Virus record (IMG/VR): IMGVR_UViG_3300028197_000002
Reading direction: 5' to 3' (one strand)
Length of the DNA stretch: 64,000 nt
From: a virus
Lineage: Duplodnaviria; Caudoviricetes
A program made the position numbers and the translations under genes. Shown piece by piece: positions 56,672 through 64,000 of the stretch. The notes beneath the pieces were generated by a model that saw only the letters and a list, made by a program, of their open reading frames with translations, was not told the origin of the DNA and made no database searches. Numbering within the stretch: the stretch's first letter is position 1; each line of letters opens with the position of its first letter.

Positions 56672-57208
56672 TTATGTGAAATTTTCTAATCCTAAAGAAA
56701 TCTTCATACTAACACTCTCACCAGCATTAACAGTAACTGCCGAGCTTAAAGATATAGAAGAAATTACAGTATTAATAATAGGTTTAGACCCACTTGAGTC
56801 AAGGCCTGACGTTGTGCTAAGAGTAGATGATAAGAACACATTCTTAACAGGACCCCACAATCCACCAGTAGCTCGAAATAGAACTATAGGGCTATCTGCT
56901 TTGTAATTTGCATCAGGCGATCCGACAATCAAATTAAATTGATCATTACCTACGCTTTGTCTAGCGTATCCATTTGATGAAGGTTCGACAGGAGATATGG
57001 TTTCCAAAGTATCTTCTAATTGCAAGGTTGTTCTGTTATCTAAACCTATATAATAGTCATTAGGTATTCCATATCCATCAAATAATACTCTTAATATGTA
57101 TTCTTGGCCTTTTGAGTGAATTATATTTTTAATATCTTTTTCTTCATAAAGAATATTGCCATTAATGTCTAAATGTCTAAAGTAATCAATTTTTATTAAG
57201 TGTTTCAT
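56672..57208 (-). CDS. Virion structural protein (tail-associated type)
   Basis: KNIIHSKGQEYIL...YYIGL...NGYARQSV...FRATGG.WGPV...FL; GGAGG SD. Confidence 0.6.
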   Translation of the reverse strand: MKHLIKIDYFRHLDINGNILYEEKDIKNIIHSKGQEYILRVLFDGYGIPNDYYIGLDNRTTLQLEDTLETISPVEPSSNGYARQSVGNDQFNLIVGSPDANYKADSPIVLFRATGGLWGPVKNVFLSSTLSTTSGLDSSGSKPIINTVISSISLSSAVTVNAGESVSMKISLGLENFT

Positions 57209-57253
57209 GTTTCCTCCAACAAAAGTATTTATTATTTGCTAAATACTTTTGTT

Positions 57254-57508
57254 ATGATTATTATAAATTTTAGAAAGTGGTTAGAAGCTAGTGGTGGATC
57301 TGGTGGTGTCGGAAGTGGAATTCACCCTCCAAAACAAAAGCCCTTGTTGTATAAGGGAGCTTTATCCGATTATCATAGTAAGAGTGGAACAGATCCTTCT
57401 AATCAGAATGGAAAACTTCCTCCTGTCAGCAAAGAATCTAAAAAAAGAAGATACTGGGGCAAGAATCCTACAACTTACATGGGCAAAGAAATAAAAGAAT
57501 TAAAATAA
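57254..57508 (+). CDS. Small Gly-rich/basic protein, probable internal head protein
   Basis: INFRKWLEASGGSGG...KKRRYWGK; TAAATA-N8-ATG upstream. Confidence 0.55.
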   Translation: MIIINFRKWLEASGGSGGVGSGIHPPKQKPLLYKGALSDYHSKSGTDPSNQNGKLPPVSKESKKRRYWGKNPTTYMGKEIKELK

Positions 57509-57511
57509 TTA

Positions 57512-57652
57512 ATGAGTATAAAAGTAAAAATAATTATAGCTTTGTTTTTCTTTATGCTTCTTTTAACCATGAACAAAGATTTTCAAAATAAGCATCCATA
57601 TTGGTTCAACATAGATTGTTGTAAGAATATTTTTGAAAAATGGGAAAAATAA
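57512..57652 (+). CDS. Small single-TM protein (46 aa, not in ORF track)
   Basis: MSIKVKIIIALFFFMLLLTMNKDFQNKHPYWFNIDCCKNIFEKWEK. Confidence 0.5.
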   Translation: MSIKVKIIIALFFFMLLLTMNKDFQNKHPYWFNIDCCKNIFEKWEK

Positions 57653-57697
57653 ATTTCAATTTAAAGGGGTATTGAAAAAGCCACACTAAATTAATCT

Positions 57698-58435
57698 ATG
57701 GATGTTTCTGTACTGGTTCAAACTTGCGATAAATATGAAAAATATTGGCAAGGGTTTTTTTATTACATGGATATTTTTTGGGACAAAAAAATAAATTGTC
57801 CAATATATTTTTGCAATCAAAATAAAAAAATTGTCACTGAAAGTGATCTGAACATCATCAACATAAACGCAGGGGAAGGAACTTTTGTAGAAAATCTTAA
57901 ATTTGCTTTAGAAAAAATAAAGACTAAATATGTCTTTTATATGTTGGAAGACTTTTGGCCAATTAGAAACTTCGAGGCAGATCTTTTCAAATCACTTTGC
58001 GAAATAATAGAAAAAGAAAAAATTAAATCTCTTCAAGTTAGCCCCATAACAAAATACTATTCTTTAGAAAAAACCTCAATCAGTTTAGATAATTTAAACT
58101 TAATGAAATTTAAAAAAACAAGTGAATGGATTTTTAATTTTCAATCTAGATTTTGGGACAAAGAGTTACTTTTGAATTCTTTACGCGAACCAGACGTGTC
58201 AGAATCTTTAGTAAGTTCAGCAATAACAGTTGAAGATAAAATAAATAAAATATTTGATAGAGATGTTGATTGTTATCTCTATCAGCATTTTTGGTATCCT
58301 CTTAGTGGGGTTTGCTACAGAGGAGAATTTACAGGATTAGGCAAAGAGCTGAACAATAACATGTTGGTTGATTTATATGGAAAACACATAAGTCACCAAT
58401 CTTCTCCATCAAGTTCGCACAAGTCTGTGTCATAA
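57698..58435 (+). CDS. GT-A-fold glycosyltransferase-like protein
   Basis: VLVQTCDKY...W and YVFYMLEDFW (acidic motif at the DxD position). Confidence 0.5.
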   Translation: MDVSVLVQTCDKYEKYWQGFFYYMDIFWDKKINCPIYFCNQNKKIVTESDLNIININAGEGTFVENLKFALEKIKTKYVFYMLEDFWPIRNFEADLFKSLCEIIEKEKIKSLQVSPITKYYSLEKTSISLDNLNLMKFKKTSEWIFNFQSRFWDKELLLNSLREPDVSESLVSSAITVEDKINKIFDRDVDCYLYQHFWYPLSGVCYRGEFTGLGKELNNNMLVDLYGKHISHQSSPSSSHKSVS

Positions 58436-58818
58436 TCATTCTCATCGTCGTCGTCGTCATTGTTATCATCCCATTCTCCATCATACCCATCGTCGTCATC
58501 TTCATCTTCTGCCCAATCCTCATCATCTGACCAGTCCTCATCGTCGTCGTCTTCGTCTTCATCCCAGTCGTCGTCTTCATCATCTATGTTCATTGTGTCG
58601 TCGTCGTCATCTTCACCGACCTCTTGCCAATCGGCATAGCCATCGTCATCATCGTCGTCGTCTTCATCGTCGTCGTCGTCTTCATCTTCATCGTCTTCAT
58701 ATTCATAATCATCAAAATTTGAAATGCATTTTGCAGATCCGTTTTCTAGATCTTCATACCAGCCTGACTCATCGTCATAAATATCACCTTCATGAAAAAC
58801 TTTATCTATGCAAGACAT
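58393..58818 (-). CDS. Extremely acidic Asp/Glu-rich protein
   Basis: AGGAG SD; majority D/E interspersed with W/Y; start ATG 58818 or TTG 58824. Confidence 0.7.
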   Translation of the reverse strand: MSCIDKVFHEGDIYDDESGWYEDLENGSAKCISNFDDYEYEDDEDEDDDDDEDDDDDDDGYADWQEVGEDDDDDTMNIDDEDDDWDEDEDDDDEDWSDDEDWAEDEDDDDGYDGEWDDNNDDDDDENDYDTDLCELDGEDW

Positions 58819-58978
58819 TTCCAACTACGCTCCTGTAATAATAATTATGATTATATTTGCTTTTTATCTATTCATTTGATTCATTTTTTTATTAGGAAAA
58901 AGTAATTTTACTTCATTGCAATTTCCTAATTTTTCTAATACTATAAAATATAGTAGATTTAGTCAATTTAAAGCTAAA

Positions 58979-60403
58979 TTAAGAAATAAAATTTCTGTTC
59001 AATTTGTTGTTTTCAATTTTCCACATTTTATTTAAATCTATATTTTCTAAAGACATAATAGTGTCTAAAGTAATTTCTTTTTCACTAAAGTCTATTTCAT
59101 CAACCAAATTGCCTTTTTTGTCAAATTCATAATAAGTATCATTTGGAACTTCAATTTCCACATTATTTAAAGCAGAAAAATTATTATTATTAGACATTGA
59201 AGAGATTTGGTTTATTTTTATTGATTTGCTATCTTTTAAACAAACGATAGTTCTATTTTTATTTTTTATGACGCTGTCTTCTTTTTTCAAGTTTGCCACT
59301 ACATCCTTCCAAGAAATATTAGAAAGCATTTTTAATTCTGGTTTTGATTGGCCTATAATCTTCCAATCTTTAAACGTATCAATTAAAACATTTTGATATT
59401 TAACATATTTTCTATGACTAGAATAATTGATCATAGATCTTGCTATTGAATTAAAATAATTAATATTTTTAGCACTACTTGGAATCGACTTAATTAATAT
59501 TGAGAAGGAAATGTCTCTTGCATTTTTTAAAGCTTCAAAAGGGCGATTGTGTTTTAGCTCAATTTTGTAAATTTTAATTAAAATCTGATACCAAGCAGCA
59601 GAAAAAACTCTTCCAAAACTATGACATTCCGAGAGTAGTTGGTTATCTCTTCCCTTTGCGGGTAATTTTTTTGGATCTTTATATTTGAATAGTTCTATCG
59701 CTGGATCTCTTAAAGATTTAGCAAGACTTCCTGTTTGACTTCCACCTAATTTTTTGTGAACTAAAATTCCTAATTCTTCTGCTAATCTTGAAGCTAAATT
59801 TGAATTAGAAATATCATTTTCTGTGCTTTTTAAAACACTTCCAATAACAGAATCATATTGAAGTATGCTAAATATTGAACAGATATCGCTAAATGCTTCA
59901 TGAAAAGAAGATATTTCTAAAGATGGAGTGTGCCAAAAATCAGGTCTTATGGCATCTAATATAGCATGTCCTAATTCATGAGTAACTATGTCAGCAGAAT
60001 CAGATGTAAATAATGTCATGCCCCCATGAGGATAATAACAGAACTGCAAGCTTTTTCTATTGTAGAAAGCATTTAACTGCTTTGAAGCTTGAGGCCATAT
60101 TTCAAGTTCATTAGTTCCAGCCCATTTTTTTATTGGGTTGGAAGATTGTTTTTGAATCGCATTAATAGAATTTGTAATTGTTATATGACAATTTAAAGCT
60201 CTTTTTTGTTTTTTGTTTTTTGGAGCAGTGTTTGATCCATGGACCTTATATTTCAAAGAAGAGGTCACAGGAATATTTGTTATTTGATCTACTACAGATG
60301 GAGTAGAAGGGTCGTTAATTAAATAATCAACATTTACAAGATTGTTTACTTTATTATTATTAGAAACTTTATTGTTTTTTTTAAAAAAACTAAAACTACA
60401 CAT
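58979..60403 (-). CDS. Zinc metalloprotease (M4/M36-like gluzincin)
   Basis: NAFY, DIVTHELGHAILD (HExxH), FHEAFSD (third ligand), CHSFGRVF; GGAGG SD supports ATG 60403. Confidence 0.85.
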   Translation of the reverse strand: MCSFSFFKKNNKVSNNNKVNNLVNVDYLINDPSTPSVVDQITNIPVTSSLKYKVHGSNTAPKNKKQKRALNCHITITNSINAIQKQSSNPIKKWAGTNELEIWPQASKQLNAFYNRKSLQFCYYPHGGMTLFTSDSADIVTHELGHAILDAIRPDFWHTPSLEISSFHEAFSDICSIFSILQYDSVIGSVLKSTENDISNSNLASRLAEELGILVHKKLGGSQTGSLAKSLRDPAIELFKYKDPKKLPAKGRDNQLLSECHSFGRVFSAAWYQILIKIYKIELKHNRPFEALKNARDISFSILIKSIPSSAKNINYFNSIARSMINYSSHRKYVKYQNVLIDTFKDWKIIGQSKPELKMLSNISWKDVVANLKKEDSVIKNKNRTIVCLKDSKSIKINQISSMSNNNNFSALNNVEIEVPNDTYYEFDKKGNLVDEIDFSEKEITLDTIMSLENIDLNKMWKIENNKLNRNFIS

Positions 60404-60453
60404 AATTGCACCTCCATGTGACATAATCGTAATCTATAGTCTTATATACTGTT

Positions 60454-60903
60454 ATGAATAAAAATTTCATTTCTAACAAAGAACTAGTAGAATACAAAAA
60501 ATTTGCTTTAAAAGAAGACATGTTGAAAATGTCTACTGCTTTTATATTAGGAGGTGCATTTAATAGTGTTGTAAAAGGAATATCAGATATTTTGATAATG
60601 CCTTTTATAAATTTTATTATATTGCAAACAGGAGAATCTTGGAGAACATTTAAAATAGAGCCAGTTACAGGATTGGTAATAGAGTTAGGTAAATTTTTAG
60701 GCGTGTCGGTTGATTTCATATTAATATCAATAATACTCTACGTATTTTATATGAAAATACTAAAAAACATAAAACTAAAAGAAGAATTTGAAATTAAATG
60801 TGTAGAAACAAAGACTTGCAGATTATGCAAAAGTTCAATCCATTACGAAGCAACTAAATGTCCAGAATGCACTGGTGATATTGGAGAAATTATAGATGAA
60901 TAG
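60454..60903 (+). CDS. mscL: MscL-like large-conductance mechanosensitive channel with C-terminal zinc ribbon
   Basis: EYKKFAL...AFILGGAFNSVV...DILIMP (TM1), IELGKFLGVSVDFILI (TM2), then TKTCRLCKSSIHYEATKCPECTG. Confidence 0.8.
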   Translation: MNKNFISNKELVEYKKFALKEDMLKMSTAFILGGAFNSVVKGISDILIMPFINFIILQTGESWRTFKIEPVTGLVIELGKFLGVSVDFILISIILYVFYMKILKNIKLKEEFEIKCVETKTCRLCKSSIHYEATKCPECTGDIGEIIDE

Positions 60904-61549
60904 TCCTGAAGACTTTGAAAAAAGAATAAAAGAAGAAAGAACTCTAGAGGCAAATAAAAAAGGTATTATTGGACCAAGTGGAAAAATAGCCACCATATTA
61001 AGAAATCTTGGAGAGCCTATAGTAGGACAAACTGAAGATTCGATTTATGATTATAATTATGATTATGACATGAACAATCATAATTCAATTCATGAAGTAA
61101 CTAACTCCAAAGATTTAACAAAAAAAATACCCACAATGAACATGGATGAAGGAACAAGGCCCAATTCAGAAGAATCACTTCGCATTGATTCAATAGAATC
61201 TCTATACTCGGGCAACATGCCAGAAGAATTTAATTTTTCAACTAGGGAAATTGGATATTATTTTGAAGGCCTTAATAGAGGAATGCATTTAGAAATAAAA
61301 TACGATGAGTACACTTCTGAACTCATCGTAAATTATAAAGGCTATATTGTTTACAAAGAAGCAAAAGGGGATCTTTTAGCGTACTCCCCACAAGAAGAGT
61401 GGGAAGCGCATATAGAAAAGCTTTACAAAGAAGCAAAAAGAAAACAAATCAAAGGCAAAGAATCAGAATTTGAAAATTCTTTAAAAAATAATGAAAAACA
61501 GAAAGATAATTGGCTTCAAAAAATGAAAAGCAAATGGGGAATTACATAA
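60896..61549 (+). CDS. Hypothetical protein
   Basis: 217 aa; overlaps the MscL-like gene stop. Confidence 0.6.
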   Translation: MNSPEDFEKRIKEERTLEANKKGIIGPSGKIATILRNLGEPIVGQTEDSIYDYNYDYDMNNHNSIHEVTNSKDLTKKIPTMNMDEGTRPNSEESLRIDSIESLYSGNMPEEFNFSTREIGYYFEGLNRGMHLEIKYDEYTSELIVNYKGYIVYKEAKGDLLAYSPQEEWEAHIEKLYKEAKRKQIKGKESEFENSLKNNEKQKDNWLQKMKSKWGIT

Positions 61550-61916
61550 AAAATATGTAATAAATAAGAGCAACCGCTTGAATTCCAATTAACACAGTTA
61601 AGCCTAAACTAACTGGTGATATCTTTTTATCTTGTATTTTTTTCTCTATCATATCAACAATATTAGAATTTTCTGAAGCCATGCTAGTAACTTTATCGTC
61701 ACAGACCTTTTCAGTCACAGTATTAACAATCTCACCTGTGCTTTCATCAATTGTTTCAATTATTCTTTCACAAACACAATACTTTTCAGTCACTCGTTGT
61801 GCTAGTTTTTTCTCTAATTTAGGCTCAACAAAAATCTCTGTGACTTTGGTCTTGCCCTCATCTTTTTCTATTTTTTCTGCTTTTCGTCCATCATCAAATA
61901 CAATCTCTTCAGACAT
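61542..61916 (-). CDS. C-terminally membrane-anchored hypothetical protein
   Basis: AAAGGAG SD; C-terminal LGLTVLIGIQAVALIYYIFFM. Confidence 0.6.
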   Translation of the reverse strand: MSEEIVFDDGRKAEKIEKDEGKTKVTEIFVEPKLEKKLAQRVTEKYCVCERIIETIDESTGEIVNTVTEKVCDDKVTSMASENSNIVDMIEKKIQDKKISPVSLGLTVLIGIQAVALIYYIFFM

Positions 61917-62039
61917 CGTTTCTCCTTTATGTTTGTCTTAATTATTGAAGATTTAATAAATATATATCAAAAGCAAATGAAAATATTTTTATAATCTTAT
62001 TACCATATATAGTATGTAGTTAATCAAACAGGAGAAAAA

Positions 62040-62912
62040 ATGACATTTTTTCAGAACCCATTCGCTGAAGACTTTGAAGGAAACTGGGTCTTAGCAGACA
62101 GAGCGCAAATACCAAAATTTGTAGTAGGATGCAATAAAGGAAGAGGTCAAGAAGTTGTTTCTTCTTTTGCCACATTTCCAGTAGATCTATCTGGAAATGA
62201 TTCAGCAGGAGCGACTTCTGCGACTTTAAGCATTTCATTTTCAATGAACAATGCAAATAGCTGGGTAGATCTAGCTATTGACGTAACAGCAACAGCTTCT
62301 AGTTCAGCAGCAGTAACGGCACAAGAAGTCGCTAGTGCATTGCGAGCTAATGGTACTTTTAGTTCATACTTCACAGTAGCAGTTGAAACCTCTACGCAGT
62401 TTCCAGAAGGCAATGTTAAGATAACCCAAAATAAACAAATAACTCAATTTAAATTTTACATTAAAAATGGACAAGCGGAAGAGAGCGTCTTGTTTAATTT
62501 TAAAGGAGGAGTTACTGAAATTCCTTCTTACTTTGACAGACATACAATAGCAAATATTCTTAATTTTGAAGATTGTGTCGGAATGCTAATAGCCTTAGAT
62601 CCATCTGATGCTGTTGATGCTGCCGTAATTAACAATGCAGTTGACTTTAGAGGTAATTCTTTAGGCTTAGACTCGACAGCAGTAAAAGAAGATTACGAGT
62701 TGCTTGAGGGAAGATCTGGATTGTTTATGTTTCAAAAATCCACTGTTGATGGAAGTGGAAGAGTAACAGAAATGATTGAATATCAAGCTGGTGCCGCAGT
62801 AGGAAATATGGCCAAAAAGACAAAGTACACATACACAGGGTCAAACACTGCTCCTGATCAAATGACTCAGGAGCCTTACGTTTTAACTTCGGTCGATCTT
62901 GTTACTCCTTAA
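62040..62912 (+). CDS. Probable virion structural protein
   Basis: AGGAG SD; Ala/Ser/Thr-rich beta protein; own terminator. Confidence 0.55.
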   Translation: MTFFQNPFAEDFEGNWVLADRAQIPKFVVGCNKGRGQEVVSSFATFPVDLSGNDSAGATSATLSISFSMNNANSWVDLAIDVTATASSSAAVTAQEVASALRANGTFSSYFTVAVETSTQFPEGNVKITQNKQITQFKFYIKNGQAEESVLFNFKGGVTEIPSYFDRHTIANILNFEDCVGMLIALDPSDAVDAAVINNAVDFRGNSLGLDSTAVKEDYELLEGRSGLFMFQKSTVDGSGRVTEMIEYQAGAAVGNMAKKTKYTYTGSNTAPDQMTQEPYVLTSVDLVTP

Positions 62913-62927
62913 TTTTTTATAATAAAT

Positions 62928-62965
62928 AAAAAACCCACTTGAGCATGTGTTCAAGTGGGTTTTTT
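62928..62965. terminator. Bidirectional rho-independent terminator
   Basis: AAAAAA-CCCACTTGAGC-ATGT-GTTCAAGTGGG-TTTTTT between convergent genes. Confidence 0.9.
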
Positions 62966-62984
62966 GATTGGGTTGCAGATGGAA

Positions 62985-63266
62985 CTAAGCCCCACTTGTC
63001 AAATAATCTGTTATAGATTGTTTTGTGAGACTTGCCTTCTTAGTACGAGGATTTGTTGTGATTCCACATTTTTTAAATGACTGAATCTTCGCACGACCTA
63101 AAGTGGTAGTGACATCATTTCCTCTTCTGAGGACATATCCTGTCACTACCTTCGGAGTGTTAGATACAACAGCAATAGTTGTTCTAATTGGCTTCGAATG
63201 ACTTCCCTTGTAGTAGAACTTCCAGATAGGAAGATTTCTAACTAAACTAACGCTACTCTTAGGCAT
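62985..63266 (-). CDS. Small basic protein, WYL/SH3-like
   Basis: KFYYKGSHSKPIRTTI...VTGY...IQSFK resembles WYL-like order; AGGAG SD. Confidence 0.35.
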   Translation of the reverse strand: MPKSSVSLVRNLPIWKFYYKGSHSKPIRTTIAVVSNTPKVVTGYVLRRGNDVTTTLGRAKIQSFKKCGITTNPRTKKASLTKQSITDYLTSGA

Positions 63267-63335
63267 TTTTTTTCTCCTTTTGTAATACCCTTGACAACTA
63301 AATAATCATACATTAAACACAAATTCAAATCAATA

Positions 63336-63803
63336 TTAAACATTAGAAAGCATCATTCTAATGTGATCTGCGTCTTTTCTGCTATCGAGTATCTGATCTT
63401 CTAAGAAAAGTTCTATGTATTTTCCATCAATAGCATCTTCGCCACCATTCTCTTGTAATTTACAAGCCTGTTCAATCCTTGCAACATAATTTGAAACAAC
63501 GTCATCTTCCATTTTTAAAGCTGCTTTTAAGATTTTAGAGCAATCACTTAAATTATTATTAAAAGGAGCAATTTCAGTAAAGACTTTGAAATCTAAATTT
63601 CTTCTTTCAATTAGCCCATGCAAAAGCCTTTTGAAGGCTTCAACATGACCCATTTCGTCTTTAGATTGCTCTAGCAAAAATTCGCCAATTTCTTCTCTAT
63701 GAAATCCTTTAATAGAAGTAGCTGCTTGAAGATAAAAATTCCAATGGCTATATTCTCTTGAAAGATCTTTTAGTAGAAGTTCAACTATTTCATTAATGTC
63801 CAT
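63336..63803 (-). CDS. Ferritin/bacterioferritin-like protein
   Basis: Di-iron ligand spacing: REYSH (E), DEMGH (ExxH), MEDDVVSNY (E), DADH (D/ExxH). Confidence 0.85.
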   Translation of the reverse strand: MDINEIVELLLKDLSREYSHWNFYLQAATSIKGFHREEIGEFLLEQSKDEMGHVEAFKRLLHGLIERRNLDFKVFTEIAPFNNNLSDCSKILKAALKMEDDVVSNYVARIEQACKLQENGGEDAIDGKYIELFLEDQILDSRKDADHIRMMLSNV

Positions 63804-63985
63804 TAATTTTCTCCAAAAAGAGGTTCTTTGAATTCATCGAACCCAACAACAACTAAATTACCTGATAAGAAATTTTTTAACAGAATGTTTCCCACATTAA
63901 GACTTGTAGCCCAATCGGTCATTTTAACCATATCTTCTGTTTTTATAATTCCTTGCTCAATGCATTTTAAGATTATATCTCTCAA
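63803..63985 (-). CDS. Hypothetical protein
   Basis: 60 aa; stop overlaps the ferritin start. Confidence 0.5.
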   Translation of the reverse strand: MRDIILKCIEQGIIKTEDMVKMTDWATSLNVGNILLKNFLSGNLVVVGFDEFKEPLFGEN

Positions 63986-64000
63986 TTGCTTTTGAGAAAT

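Noticed and set aside
63291-63320. TTGACA as a sigma70 promoter
   Set aside because: No acceptable -10 at 16-18 nt spacing, and it points antisense into the ferritin gene
1-64000. Stop-codon reassignment or tRNA genes
   Set aside because: Genes are full length in code 11, with TAA, TGA and TAG all used as real stops; no cloverleaf or T-loop signature was seen in the short intergenic gaps (a tRNAscan run would be definitive)

Overview
AT-rich, densely coding segment of a large tailed bacteriophage genome (jumbo myovirus with T4-superfamily-like tail genes), read in the standard genetic code. The centre (about 14-44 kb, + strand) is a contractile-tail module. It holds a gp2-like DNA end protector, a 2271-aa tape-measure-like protein, tube-initiator, gp53, hub, gp5, gp25 and gp6-like baseplate genes, and three paralogous PKD-domain appendage proteins, one with long in-frame tandem repeats. 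The flanks carry accessory genes: CsrA, a Planctomycete-type DUF1559 prepilin-like protein, an ArdC-like protein, patatin, HAD, sulfotransferase, thioredoxin, SET-domain methyltransferase, several glycosyltransferase-like ORFs, an actin-fold ATPase, DNA primase, a Cas4-like nuclease, two proteases, an MscL-like channel and a ferritin-like protein. The DUF1559 gene points to a Planctomycetota host (inference). The most notable patterns are: (i) a recurring N-terminal F-x-x-W/F/Y-L-x-x-E motif resembling the T4 capsid-targeting sequence on about 10 unrelated proteins, including an anti-restriction-like protein and a catalytically degenerate CCA/poly(A)-polymerase domain; (ii) a TAHATW-N5-ATG promoter-like signature at SD-less genes, suggesting leaderless mRNAs; (iii) a set of host-envelope and virion-modification genes. 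No tRNA, rRNA, CRISPR array, capsid, terminase or integrase gene was recognised. All family assignments are from motif recognition by eye; no searches were run.
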